Below, in pieces: positions 1 through 10,083 of a stretch of 41,934 bases of DNA. The translations under genes and the position numbers were made by a program. Below the pieces are notes generated by a model. The model made no database searches and was not told the DNA's origin. It was given only the letters and a program-made list of their open reading frames with translations. The DNA comes from Octopus bimaculoides. Lineage: Eukaryota. How positions within the stretch are numbered: position 1 is the stretch's first letter; the number at the start of each line of letters is the position of its first letter. The DNA lies in contig NC_068986.1 in the NCBI RefSeq assembly GCF_001194135.2, positions 100,595,531-100,637,464 of the forward strand, given 5' to 3'.

Positions 1-28
1 GTGAAAGCACGTTATAAAAATAAAACTA

Positions 29-33
<5 letters not shown>
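1..33 (+). mobile_element. 3' terminus of an R4/Dong-type LINE continuing upstream of the window
   Basis: 1-33 (gtgaaagcacgttataaaaataaaactactgaa) is identical to 2339-2371, the 3' end of the LINE at 649-2371, and runs straight into an (AAT)n tail. Confidence 0.8.
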
Positions 34-87
<54 letters not shown>

Positions 88-213
88 GAAAAAGAAGAAG
101 AAGAAGAAGAAGAAGAAGAAGGAGAAGAAGAAGAAGAAGAAGAAGAAGAAGAAGAAGAAGAAGAAGAAGAAGAAGAAGAAGAAGAAGAAGAAGAAGAAGA
201 AGAAGAAGAAGAA
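32..213. repeat. Compound microsatellite (AAT)n then (GAA)n
   Basis: Direct reading; source of the poly-S/Y/L/I ORFs in the track. Confidence 0.97.
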
Positions 214-560
214 ATGATGCTGGATCGCAGATATAGCATGCTCAGCTGACAACAAGGTATGAAGAAAGAAAGGTCGATATATTTGACAGGTTGGCGTGGT
301 AGATTAAAGAGTTGTGGTTGCTGAAAAAAGATGGTTGCAGTACCAATAATTGTCGGAACCCTGGTACCAGTGAGTGAAAATGTTGAGACACACATGGAAC
401 AAATAGGGGGGTACAATAAGGGTGGAGACTACTACTTGGAAACACTCGAATACTCCAGATGGCGCTCGAAAAATAAGGAGTGTTACCGTAGTTTACCCGT
501 CGTGAACAGCTGGCAATGTAATGCAGATCCAGCGTTAGAAGCTGTGAAAAGACAATACAT
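214..560 (+). mobile_element. 5'-truncated RLE non-LTR retrotransposon fragment: endonuclease C-terminus plus 3' UTR
   Basis: Manual translation across stops and frameshifts gives CWIADIACSADNKV, FDRLAW*IKELWLLKK, VAVPIIVGTLVPVSENVETHMEQIG and LGNTRILQMALEK*. This matches the R4/Dong-like RLE tail pattern (D-I-A-C-P-x-D ... W ... VPIIVGxLG ... LGTARILR). It ends in (AAT)n. Confidence 0.75.
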
Positions 561-573
561 AATAATAATAATG

Positions 574-648
<75 letters not shown>
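561..648. repeat. (AAT)n microsatellite between two LINE fragments
   Basis: Direct reading. Confidence 0.97.
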
Positions 649-649
<1 letters not shown>

Positions 650-1222
650 GAGGAAAAGAGGAAAATTAGTTAAAAGCAGCAATATAACGCTGGATAAAGC
701 CAATGAAATAGGAGAACTAGTCGAAAGCCAACCATACAAGTATTTAGGAGTCAATGAACTACATAGGATACAACATACACAAATGAAAGAAAAAATAAAG
801 AAAGAGTACTATAGACGAGTTAGATCAATACTGAAACAGAGCTCAATGCTAAAAACAAGATGATGGGTATCAACACTTTAGCTGTCACGGTTATTAGCTA
901 CAGCTACAACATCCTTAACTGGACACTAAACGAACTATGTAAAATAGACAGGAAAACAAGAAAAATAATGACAGGATATAGGATGCACCACCCAAAATCT
1001 GACATAGAAGGGCTATATATACAACGCAAAGAAGGTGGCAGGGGTGTTATACAGCTAGAAAACTATTATAAAATAAACACCATAGGATTGCAAAAATACC
1101 TACTCCAGAAGCAAGGGAAACTAATACAAATAGCCACAAAACACGAGCAAAACAAAAAACTGTTTTCAGTATTTCAGCAAGCTGCCAAATACAAACAAGA
1201 GATCAATCTACCTAACAAATAC

Positions 1223-1294
1223 GAAGAAGCAGAAGAAGAAGAAGAAGAAGAAGAAGAAGAAGAAGAAGAAGAAGAAGAAGAAGAAGAAGAAGAA
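1223..1294 (+). repeat. (GAA)n tract inside the LINE reading frame (poly-Glu)
   Basis: Direct reading; ORF 860..1306 ends KYEEAEEEE...ETKL. Confidence 0.95.
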
Positions 1295-1382
1295 ACAAAG
1301 CTATAAAACAAATGAGATCCAAACTAAAACTAGAACAGCAACGGACCATAATAAAACGATGGCAAGAAATGCCCCTACATGG

Positions 1383-2267
1383 NNNNNNNNNNNNNNNNNN
1401 NNNNNNNNNNNNNNNNNNNNNNNNNNNNNNNNNNNNNNNNNNNNNNNNNNNNNNNNNNNNNNNNNNNNNNNNNNNNNNNNNNNNNNNNNNNNNNNNNNNN
1501 NNNNNNNNNNNNNNNNNNNNNNNNNNNNNNNNNNNNNNNNNNNNNNNNNNNNNNNNNNNNNNNNNNNNNNNNNNNNNNNNNNNNNNNNNNNNNNNNNNNN
1601 NNNNNNNNNNNNNNNNNNNNNNNNNNNNNNNNNNNNNNNNNNNNNNNNNNNNNNNNNNNNNNNNNNNNNNNNNNNNNNNNNNNNNNNNNNNNNNNNNNNN
1701 NNNNNNNNNNNNNNNNNNNNNNNNNNNNNNNNNNNNNNNNNNNNNNNNNNNNNNNNNNNNNNNNNNNNNNNNNNNNNNNNNNNNNNNNNNNNNNNNNNNN
1801 NNNNNNNNNNNNNNNNNNNNNNNNNNNNNNNNNNNNNNNNNNNNNNNNNNNNNNNNNNNNNNNNNNNNNNNNNNNNNNNNNNNNNNNNNNNNNNNNNNNN
1901 NNNNNNNNNNNNNNNNNNNNNNNNNNNNNNNNNNNNNNNNNNNNNNNNNNNNNNNNNNNNNNNNNNNNNNNNNNNNNNNNNNNNNNNNNNNNNNNNNNNN
2001 NNNNNNNNNNNNNNNNNNNNNNNNNNNNNNNNNNNNNNNNNNNNNNNNNNNNNNNNNNNNNNNNNNNNNNNNNNNNNNNNNNNNNNNNNNNNNNNNNNNN
2101 NNNNNNNNNNNNNNNNNNNNNNNNNNNNNNNNNNNNNNNNNNNNNNNNNNNNNNNNNNNNNNNNNNNNNNNNNNNNNNNNNNNNNNNNNNNNNNNNNNNN
2201 NNNNNNNNNNNNNNNNNNNNNNNNNNNNNNNNNNNNNNNNNNNNNNNNNNNNNNNNNNNNNNNNNNN
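1383..2267. other. Assembly gap. Other N-runs start near 11610, 13202, 15531, 16539, 17798, 19332, 20537, 22895, 24411, 31186, 31997, 35984 and 37973
   Basis: Runs of n; most abut simple repeats such as (AT)n or (AC)n. Confidence 0.99.
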
Positions 2268-2371
2268 AGTAAACATAAGAGCACCACAGCAAACCACAGT
2301 ACATACCCAAGGCGCAAAGAGCTGCGCTCGGTAGTGAAGTGAAAGCACGTTATAAAAATAAAACTACTGAA

Positions 2372-2372
2372 C

Positions 2373-2449
<77 letters not shown>

Positions 2450-2450
2450 C
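2372..2450. repeat. (AAT)n/(GAT)n microsatellite
   Basis: Direct reading. Confidence 0.95.
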
Positions 2451-3012
2451 GATAAATACCCCGATACAGTACTAGGCAGTGGCTCTCATGGTTTCTGATC
2501 TTAACTGATTGGAAGTGTTATCATGCACGTTGTTTTGTCTTGGTATAAAAGATAGGCTACAGCAAATATTCTGATTAATACCACAGATTTGCTTGTCAGT
2601 TGTTTGACCGTAACCATTTGAGCATGCCCCTTGGTGGCTGACGATATGTGGACCTCTGATCACGAGCAGAGGTAGTGGGGGGGTCATCATAGTCATGTGT
2701 TGAGAGGAATCCTTTGGAGTTTGAATAATTCGCCTTTGGAAACATGGGTGTTTTGCTCAACATCCTTAAACACACCTTATTGAGGAACCTTTTGAGCCGG
2801 ATGGGCTACTCGACCTGAAGAAAATTGTAACTGGGCCCCACCTGCAAGGTCATGCGCTGTTTATCTTGATATCAGATCTTCATTTCGCAAACATATGGTA
2901 ATGATGCATGTGCCTGGTGTATCCTTATCAGATGGGTAGTCATTATGGGTATATTGGGCTTCGTATATTTTATCCCAGTGTCACTTTGATGGCATGCACT
3001 GCTCTCTCACCC
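2451..3012 (+). mobile_element. ~560-bp non-coding interspersed repeat flanked by AAT/GAT tracts (copy 1)
   Basis: Aligns by eye along most of its length with the reverse complement of 33335-33870, e.g. taaataccc..g.agt..caggcagt.gctctc.tggtttc, gggctactcgacctg.agaaaatt, ccccacctgcaagg. No credible ORF; ends in (AAT)n. Confidence 0.8.
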
Positions 3013-3095
<83 letters not shown>

Positions 3096-3133
3096 TAGAA
3101 ATAATAACAACAATAACAATAATAATGATGATG

Positions 3134-3198
<65 letters not shown>
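3013..3198. repeat. (AAT)n microsatellite with AAC/GAT variants
   Basis: Direct reading; source of the poly-N/L/I ORFs. Confidence 0.97.
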
Positions 3199-3365
3199 TT
3201 TAGTGCACTTGGAAGTATCAGCACTCAACTACAAACATGGGTGAAAAAGATAAGTGCACGTGCGAAGGTAGAACACCTACAAAAATGAGCATTGCTTGGA
3301 ACTGCAAGAATTGCTCGCAGGGTTCTTGAAGCATGACCACTAAAGATGTCAAGAAACTAGTGTAT
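3199..3365 (+). mobile_element. Short RLE non-LTR retrotransposon C-terminal fragment (a further family)
   Basis: In-frame translation SALGSISTQLQTWVKKISARAKVEHLQK*ALLGTARIARRVLEA* matches the RLE terminal pattern GALG...EHLQKxALLGTARILRxVLE. One premature stop. Confidence 0.75.
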
Positions 3366-3719
3366 TGGACGGGTATAGATGTGGTAGGATATATTGAATG
3401 ATATAAAGCTTTTAACTCGTATTAAAATGTAAAATTTTGTCCGCATACGTAGTAGCCGAGCTTTGGGATGAAGGGCGGTATAAAGAAATAAAAAAAAAGA
3501 ATGTTGCCCATGATATAATTCTCAGAATTTGTCTCGAAGGTTTATATTCCATATGACGCTAACAACAACCTATTCAGTTCTACTATTTATTACCTTTGTA
3601 ATTCCCCTCTACCCTCAACGCTTTCTTATGTAATGTTGCAGCTTACGATGCTTGCATTAATCGAAATGAATATTCGCAGACCCACAGTATATATATAAAT
3701 CTCTGTGTGTAATTCCTAC

Positions 3720-3879
3720 ATCCTTATCTGCACACAGACACACAGACACAGAGTCATGCAGACACACACACACACACACGCGCACACACACACAAACACA
3801 CATGTATATATATATATATGCAGATGTATATATATAAATAAGTGTTTATATATGTATATGTATGTATATATATATATAT

Positions 3880-3932
<53 letters not shown>
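3720..3932. repeat. (AC)n/(AT)n/(TG)n low-complexity tract
   Basis: Direct reading. Confidence 0.93.
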
Positions 3933-3933
<1 letters not shown>

Positions 3934-4546
3934 TTGGAGAATGGTTGTCATGTCCGAGCATAACTATAATTCTCTAAATACTATACTGCTCTCTAACTTA
4001 GTGTATGTTTCTGTTTCGGATTTATGATTTACTGACGATATATATACACACACACATGAGAGTACGAGTATTAATTTTGATTAATGTAAGTGTAGTATAC
4101 TACAACATTATATATATCCTTTACATAAAATCGGTATCATAAAAATATCTATACTCCATAATTATATATAACATACATTTACTCATTTAGTATATATACA
4201 CATGTTCGTTTATTCATTCATCTCGAAACACATTCATTTATTTTTTCTATCGTATGCAAGCTATTGATTTATGCAAGTCCGTTGCTTTTTTTATTATTTA
4301 TTTTTCGTTTAGATATAATATCTAGACCGTTTCGAGTAAAACACATAGCTCAGCAAATAAAATCAATACATTTACACAATCTGCAAAACTGAATTTCTTG
4401 AAACATTCAGAAAACGTAAAAGGAACTTATCCGTAACCATGTACAATTCACTCTTAAACTAAGAATCATTTAATGAATGAAGTAAATCTTATGTATTTAT
4501 GTCTATTATTTGTTTTCACCTTGATTACAATGCAGATATACAAGCT

Positions 4547-4552
4547 TTTATT
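4547..4552 (-). promoter_or_regulatory. Candidate polyadenylation signal for the minus-strand gene
   Basis: AATAAA on the - strand about 195 nt after the stop at 4747; such hexamers are common by chance in AT-rich DNA. Confidence 0.2.
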
Positions 4553-4746
4553 TGGTTATTTAAATGAATATCCATAATACTGTATAGAAAATGTTTACTT
4601 CACGTCGCTGCAACTAGACACAAATAGATACATTTTTGCAAGCGTCAGTCTGACGTGTTTTCGTTCCTAATTTAAAACAATACTCATAATTCTAATTTTA
4701 GAGCTCTATCTAGCAGATATACTGGCCGAACAAAGTTCTATTCAGT

Positions 4747-4978
4747 CTAGGTGAAATTAAATTTGTCCTCTGTTTCATAGACCCAGATCATCCTTGTTCC
4801 ATGAAATCTATGATGAAATATCTTTTTGCCATGTTCGATGCGTCTTATATTCTCTTTGTCCGGAAATCCACTTACCATATAATATTTCATTGAAGGCAGC
4901 AGTGTGACATTTAAGGAACTTTCGGTTGCTATTTCTAGAAGGTCCAAATATGTAAGTGAGTTGGAAACTCGGTAATGC
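4747..4978 (-). CDS. Putative last exon of an uncharacterised protein: (R)HYRVSNSLTYLDLLEIATESSLNVTLLPSMKYYMVSGFPDKENIRRIEHGKKIFHHRFHGTRMIWVYETEDKFNFT*
   Basis: Acceptor ctttcgtttgtctcag|G at 4979/4978. The phase-2 junction matches the upstream exon (AG+G = Arg). The frame is open to TAG at 4747. A GTAAGT donor at 4875 means the exon may instead end at 4876. Confidence 0.65.
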
Positions 4979-5049
4979 CTGAGACAAACGAAAGCGTACT
5001 GGTCCCGAGTTTGTGGAAAATTTACATTATTTAAACACATTAAACCTAC

Positions 5050-5332
5050 CTCTCTACTGTAGCAGTTTCAAACTTTCCGTTCCATTCTGTCAGATACAAA
5101 CCCGTATCTAGTTGCAGTGGGAGGGATGCATTGTTGTGGGAGAGGATACTAGCATCATATGATAAGGTGTTGACATATATGAAAGTATTAAAACAATATT
5201 GATGGAAATATATATTAAACGTAGAATTTCTACATGCTTTAGAATTTCCAGTACAGTAGATTTCAGGTTCGTGGTTCTTATATTGATATCTAACACATAT
5301 CGCAGTTTGAGTGTTTGTGACAAAATCACCGG
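5050..5332 (-). CDS. Internal exon (283 nt): GDFVTNTQTAICVRYQYKNHEPEIYCTGNSKACRNSTFNIYFHQYCFNTFIYVNTLSYDASILSHNNASLPLQLDTGLYLTEWNGKFETATVE(R)
   Basis: Acceptor ttttgtag|CC, 93 open codons in AT-rich DNA, donor AG|GTAGGT, then a 71-nt intron (5049-4979) that joins in phase. The ORF track shows only a different frame here. Confidence 0.7.
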
Positions 5333-6695
5333 CTACAAAACCACATAATTTAAGAACGGAAGAAGCATTGCTTCATAATGCAGACACCAGTAGGACAAGA
5401 GAATAATGAGACTAGGGATTGCTACATATTCCGAGACCTGTTTTGAATTTCGAATAAGAATTAATATTTAAATGACCTTACATTTTAATTTTAATGTTTC
5501 ATCCAAAAACAAATACTAGCTGTTATTTTATATTTTATTCACAGGTGATTTAACGTCATCGATAATTTTGATACATTATGTATTATATTTGGTTTAGCAA
5601 ACCAACAAACAAAACAAAAATGTTTATTATTCTATTTAAAATCATATTTTTCTCGTGTACAACCAAAATAGCCGACAAATCTACATACTTACTCTTTCTA
5701 TTCTCGCACTAAGAATGGATTAGAATTATATTCGTAGACCTCAATATATATACGACTACGTCATTTATCGGTTTATGTCTAGCAATGATTTCCACAATTT
5801 ATCTCCAAGCAACGAAACATATTCAGACAATCCAGGAAAATAAAGATATATACGAATAAAACAAATTATCCAGGTATACGACTTATCTAAGAAACAAGAA
5901 ATAATTTAACATTGAGTGCACTGATAACTGATGAATGTTTGGCTGAAAGCTATTTTAAAGCGTGGAAACTTTTAAACACTGTTTTTTTTTTATATATGCA
6001 ATAATTGAAATATCTGCTAGGACATTGTTTTAATGGAATTCGCTTTCATTTAAAACACTTCCCTTCACATTATTGTGTGTACTTCGATCTTTCCTAAATG
6101 TAAAATATATAACATACATATATAACGTATATAACATTGATTGAATTTACTCATATCTTTTAATATCAACTTGTGTGATGAAGTCGCTTTACCTTTTAAA
6201 ATTAGGAACTACTATTTTCTTAAACCAAACGTCGCTGTTTCAATGTTAAATGTGTCACAAAATTGTATTTTTCTAGACAAAATGGGCATGAAAAGAAGGT
6301 ACGATGGTCATTGATTAAACACTTTAGAACATAGGTCTGCTAGTCGAGATCGTACGCAACAAACAACATAATCGAAACTGCAATATTATGTTTAACATTT
6401 ATGTATGATTAATTGTCCCAATAAACCGTATGTCTCAAACTATTACAAATTTAAGTAATTTCATTAGATCTTTAAAAATATTCAGATCTGATAATAAAGC
6501 GGTTTGTCTTTCATGGGAACTAACGTAAATCAATTTGCACATATCATCATTACTTTAGATACTACATTGCATCTCAAGGGACAACTTATATGACAGGAGC
6601 GTCATTTAGAAATATTTACCTCAGTACTGCCTACGTTAGCCGAAACAACATTTATCTGCTTTTCTGCATGTTCGTATGAATCGTCTCCCTAATAC

Positions 6696-6743
6696 ATTTG
6701 CATGTTTCAATTGCATATCCTGGAATGCCATCCGACATGTTGA
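6696..6743 (-). CDS. Possible additional 48-nt phase 1-1 exon (VNMSDGIPGYAIETCK)
   Basis: Acceptor aaatttacag|TC, weak donor T|GTATTA, frame-preserving; could be chance. Confidence 0.25.
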
Positions 6744-8276
6744 CTGTAAATTTCCTTCAGGTTCTAAACGGGTACTAAAATCGTGAATCATACTACCAAC
6801 TACCTAAACCAGTTTGGTACGGTTATCCTCGGATTATTACAAGGCGGTCTCAAATATACATGCCATAACGAGATGCTGGGATTGAGGAGAGAATTGAGTT
6901 ATGGTGGAATATCTGTTCTGTTTCTAAGGGACGTTCAGAATTATATTAGCTGTTATTCTGACACTTGTACAAATAGGGATTAAGTTTGATTTCTTGCAAT
7001 AATTACTAGCATATTTACTTAATCGTTAAATATATTGAGCTAAATACACGATATTTTACTACTTAATAGCTTATGTTTAATCGTTTGTTGAATCTTTTTG
7101 AGAAGCACACGGAAAGCACCCAAACTTAAGTATAAAATCATGCAAAGACAAACGTACATGTTTAGACATAAATTAGCATTTTTAATACCGAGTCTGTAAC
7201 TTCCAAGTAAATACAGGAAAATTCACGTTTATGAAGCAAAATTTACCCTCTGTATGGTAGTTATATTATTAAATTAGCATCGAACAGTGTTTTTTAAAGG
7301 TGAATTAAAGTGTGTGAGAATATTCCCGAATAGCATTAGTACGTTACATGAAGAGAACATTTATGATAGAACCAGCTTGCTGTGAACATTTTATTATATT
7401 TGTAGTCATATAATTCCTCTTCTCGCTGTTTCTTTTATTTTCTGCAATAATTTTATTTCATATTTTACTCGTCTGATGTAACTTGTCATCAGGTGTTAGT
7501 AATTGCATCATTGCAGGTGAGAACATTCATAAAGCAAGCGGTCCTGTTTGATATTTATCTCCTCTCGTTACGTGTCTCTGTCTCTGTAACTCACACTTTC
7601 TCTATGCAATACTTTTCAACTACAAAAGTCAGATCATATAAACTTTGACAAACTAAACATAATTTAATATTAACAAAACTTTAATAATTGGATTTCCAAA
7701 CGAATGTGTACATATATCGATAGCGTATCTATTTCTACAGAACTGTTTCTTTTTATCACACAACGAAATTATTGACAAGTTTGTCGCCATCTTTAATTAC
7801 TGTTTATCGCTGAATGTTAAGCCGTATTTCATGTACAATGAATAATTGTATAAGAATATTTCTGTTGCGATTGTCTTCAAAAATATATATTTAAAAGAGC
7901 CATAGAAAGCAACTTTCAAAATGTTTATGTTCCTGATACATTTTAAAATCCATGTTTCGGTATTTGTATTTCATATTCTAAATGGATAAAATAACATTAA
8001 CTCCTGGGCGAGCAAGATTTTTGGAAAAAGTATAACGTTTTGAATACTTAATTTCCTAAGAATTATATATTTACGACAGTAAACTTTTGATATATTTATT
8101 TTCTAGTAATTGTTTAAAATATAATTTGTTCCGGTAATATATAAGAAACGGGTATTATTTGTAAACGTCAATGTGTATGTATTTTTTCTTGTAATCGCAT
8201 GAAAGTATAAGAAAATACACAAAATATCATACAATAACAATGATAAATATTCGGTTTCTCAGTTAAATAATATCAC

Positions 8277-8330
8277 CGGATTCAGGCAAGTGAGCGGAGC
8301 AGCATATGTCTTTGCTTCTACACTGGTAAC
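8277..8330 (-). CDS. Small phase 1-1 exon (54 nt): (C)YQCRSKDICCSAHLPES
   Basis: Acceptor ttacttttgcctcccag|GT, donor G|GTGATA. Symmetric phase joins 9250-9300 (T+GT = Cys) and 5332 (G+CC = Ala). Confidence 0.6.
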
Positions 8331-8399
8331 CTGGGAGGCAAAAGTAATTTATTGCACCGAACTAAAAAAGAATAGGGATGTGTTGATAGTCGATGAGGT

Positions 8400-9090
8400 A
8401 CAGGCATATTGAGCTGTTGGCCTCAAAACATGTACGCATGCCCCTACAAAACCATTGCACCTTCTTCTCTGGAGCCTCTTTGAAAGAGGTGACACCCCAG
8501 GCAAATTAAATGACGGAATAATATACCTTATCAATGACATTAGAAACAAAGCAGAGCCTAAATCTATAGGCCAATCTCTCTGGCTTCACACATCAGCAAA
8601 ATCGTGGAGCGAATAGTCGAAAAGAAACTGACTGCAATCCTTGAAGAGATTTACTCTCTGATTGATAGGTGGTTTTCGACCATAATATACTGACTCACAC
8701 AGCATTTGCAGGGTTACAACTTGATATTAAAGTACAACAACACAAATGTGAAGTCATATATCACGACTTTGCAAATCTTTTGATAAGGTCGACCGTATTA
8801 TATGACATAAGCTACGATATCTCGGTATACCTGGAGTGGGATTGCACGAGTTTTCTAAAAGATAATAGTCAGGTAGTAGTGGTCAATGGAATCACATGAA
8901 AGAGAAAACACGAATAATGAATGGTGCCCCACATGCCACAGAATTAGGGCTGCTGCTATTCATAGTAGCACTCCCACACAGCCTCAGCTGCTCAGAGAGC
9001 AACCATTCCTAGGTATGTAGACAATACAAAAGTCTCTTCACGGGAGGTGTTGCAAGCCTGCAGCAGGAGATGCATGCAAGGTAGTCTATG
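8400..9090 (+). mobile_element. Degenerate CR1/L2-like LINE reverse transcriptase fragment, intronic and antisense to the host gene
   Basis: Across frameshifts: YRPISLASHISKIVERIV; EVIYHDFA/KSFDKVD; FLKDNSQVVVVNG; NGAPHATELGLLLFIVAL (the GVPQGxVLGPLLF motif); RYVDNTKV (the YADDTK motif). Confidence 0.8.
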
Positions 9091-9249
9091 ACTAAGTTCA
9101 GCTGTGACTATTATCTGCTTTAAAATTTCATATTGCAATATCTGCAATTAAATGTTGTAAATAGAATAATGACTGCTTGGAGTATTGACGTCTATTTTAA
9201 TGGTATATATTATTTGATAATTGTTTAAGGAAGTATGCAACTTACTTAC

Positions 9250-9300
9250 ATAGCTGTAACGAATTCTCGCATACACGCAAGTCCACAAATCCAGGAGGAA
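9250..9300 (-). CDS. Small phase 1-1 exon (51 nt): xPPGFVDLRVCENSLQL(C)
   Basis: Acceptor cttttaaattccag|TT, strong donor T|GTAAGT, open frame, symmetric phase. Confidence 0.65.
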
Positions 9301-10013
9301 CTGGAATTTAAAAGCGGTTCTTCATATACTGCTTTATTGCTCACAGAAAAATGAAATCAATATTCACGTTGCTATGAATTGCATAGTATATTTAGGCCGA
9401 CGCTCACTTAATTATATCATCATGGAGCTATAGCCAAGGTACTTTAAATGAAAATGAATACACCTCATCTTGATTTTATTTATCCTAATCTGGTTCGTAA
9501 AATATATTGTTTACGCTTACAGGTCGTTGTATTTATTATTTCGAATCCACCTCTCACCCACTATTGGCATTGTTTATATATACAATCTCTTTGTCCTATG
9601 TTGTTGTATTCACAAACGAAGTGTATTTAGGTTGATCATTACCTAGCGACGAAAATAACCGATTGTTTATATTGCATATCATTTAAAATAATATCAGAGA
9701 ATATAGTTTCTAATTTTCAACTCGTCAACATCATGTCATGTATCTTTCACCGCTATGCAAACCTGTATGATGCAAGATGAACTTCACTGATATCAGAATG
9801 TCACCAAAACCATAACCAGGTTTGTCATAAGTATTTGTTCATACAGATATTGTTATATATTCAGTCAGTATGTTCACTTCAAATTTATAGTTTAATGTTC
9901 CAAGTATTAAATATTGTAATATTGCTATACCTGCTGTTGTATGTACTACTGGCTTTTTGTGATTGTTAAATTGGTAATTTCTGTTGTGATATTATAGAAG
10001 AAAATTTACTGAT

Positions 10014-10083
10014 TCATACATTGTAACACGTAATTAATGTATATGGGATCATACATTGTAACACGTAATTAATGTATATGGGA
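10014..10083. repeat. Perfect 35-bp tandem duplication
   Basis: tcatacattgtaacacgtaattaatgtatatggga at 10014-10048 and 10049-10083. Confidence 0.93.

Larger units (their letters stand above)
649..2371 (+). mobile_element. 5'-truncated R4/Dong-clade LINE (end of RT, thumb region, 3' UTR), frameshifted, spanning an assembly gap
   Basis: Translation: KRGKLVK...QPYKYLGVNE...KEYYRRVRSILK, frameshift near 836, ELNAKNKMMGINTLAV...IDRKTRKIMT...MHHPKSDIEGLYIQRKEGGRGVIQLE, then after a second frameshift KRWQEMPLHG. YKYLG, LYxxRKEGGRG and WxxxxLHG are typical of R4/Dong ORFs. The 3' UTR at 2268-2371 ends in (AAT)n. Continuity across the 1383-2267 gap is inferred. Confidence 0.85.

Noticed and set aside
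12-754. ORFs with poly-S/Y/L/I runs
   Set aside because: Translations of (AAT)n and (GAA)n; only the embedded RLE peptide is meaningful.
1212-2374. Long X-filled ORFs here and at every other gap
   Set aside because: They are open only because N runs contain no stop codons.
3705-4027. YI/HT/CV-repeat ORFs here and throughout the window
   Set aside because: Dinucleotide microsatellite translations.
6555-6590. YYIASQG on the + strand, resembling the tyrosine phosphatase YIATQGP motif
   Set aside because: No following Pro, no donor site and no other PTP motifs nearby.
7492-7515. Plus-strand 24-nt microexon-like segment (GVSNCIIA); similar AG/GT-bounded candidates near 10681, 13507, 13625 and 14170
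   Set aside because: They do not assemble into a recognisable or convincingly phased protein; such signals are frequent in AT-rich introns.
9763-9830. Possible first exon or signal peptide (MTNLVMVLVTF) for the minus-strand gene
   Set aside because: The ATG frame hits TGA, and the frame that reaches the donor has no ATG or good acceptor; it would need a frameshift.
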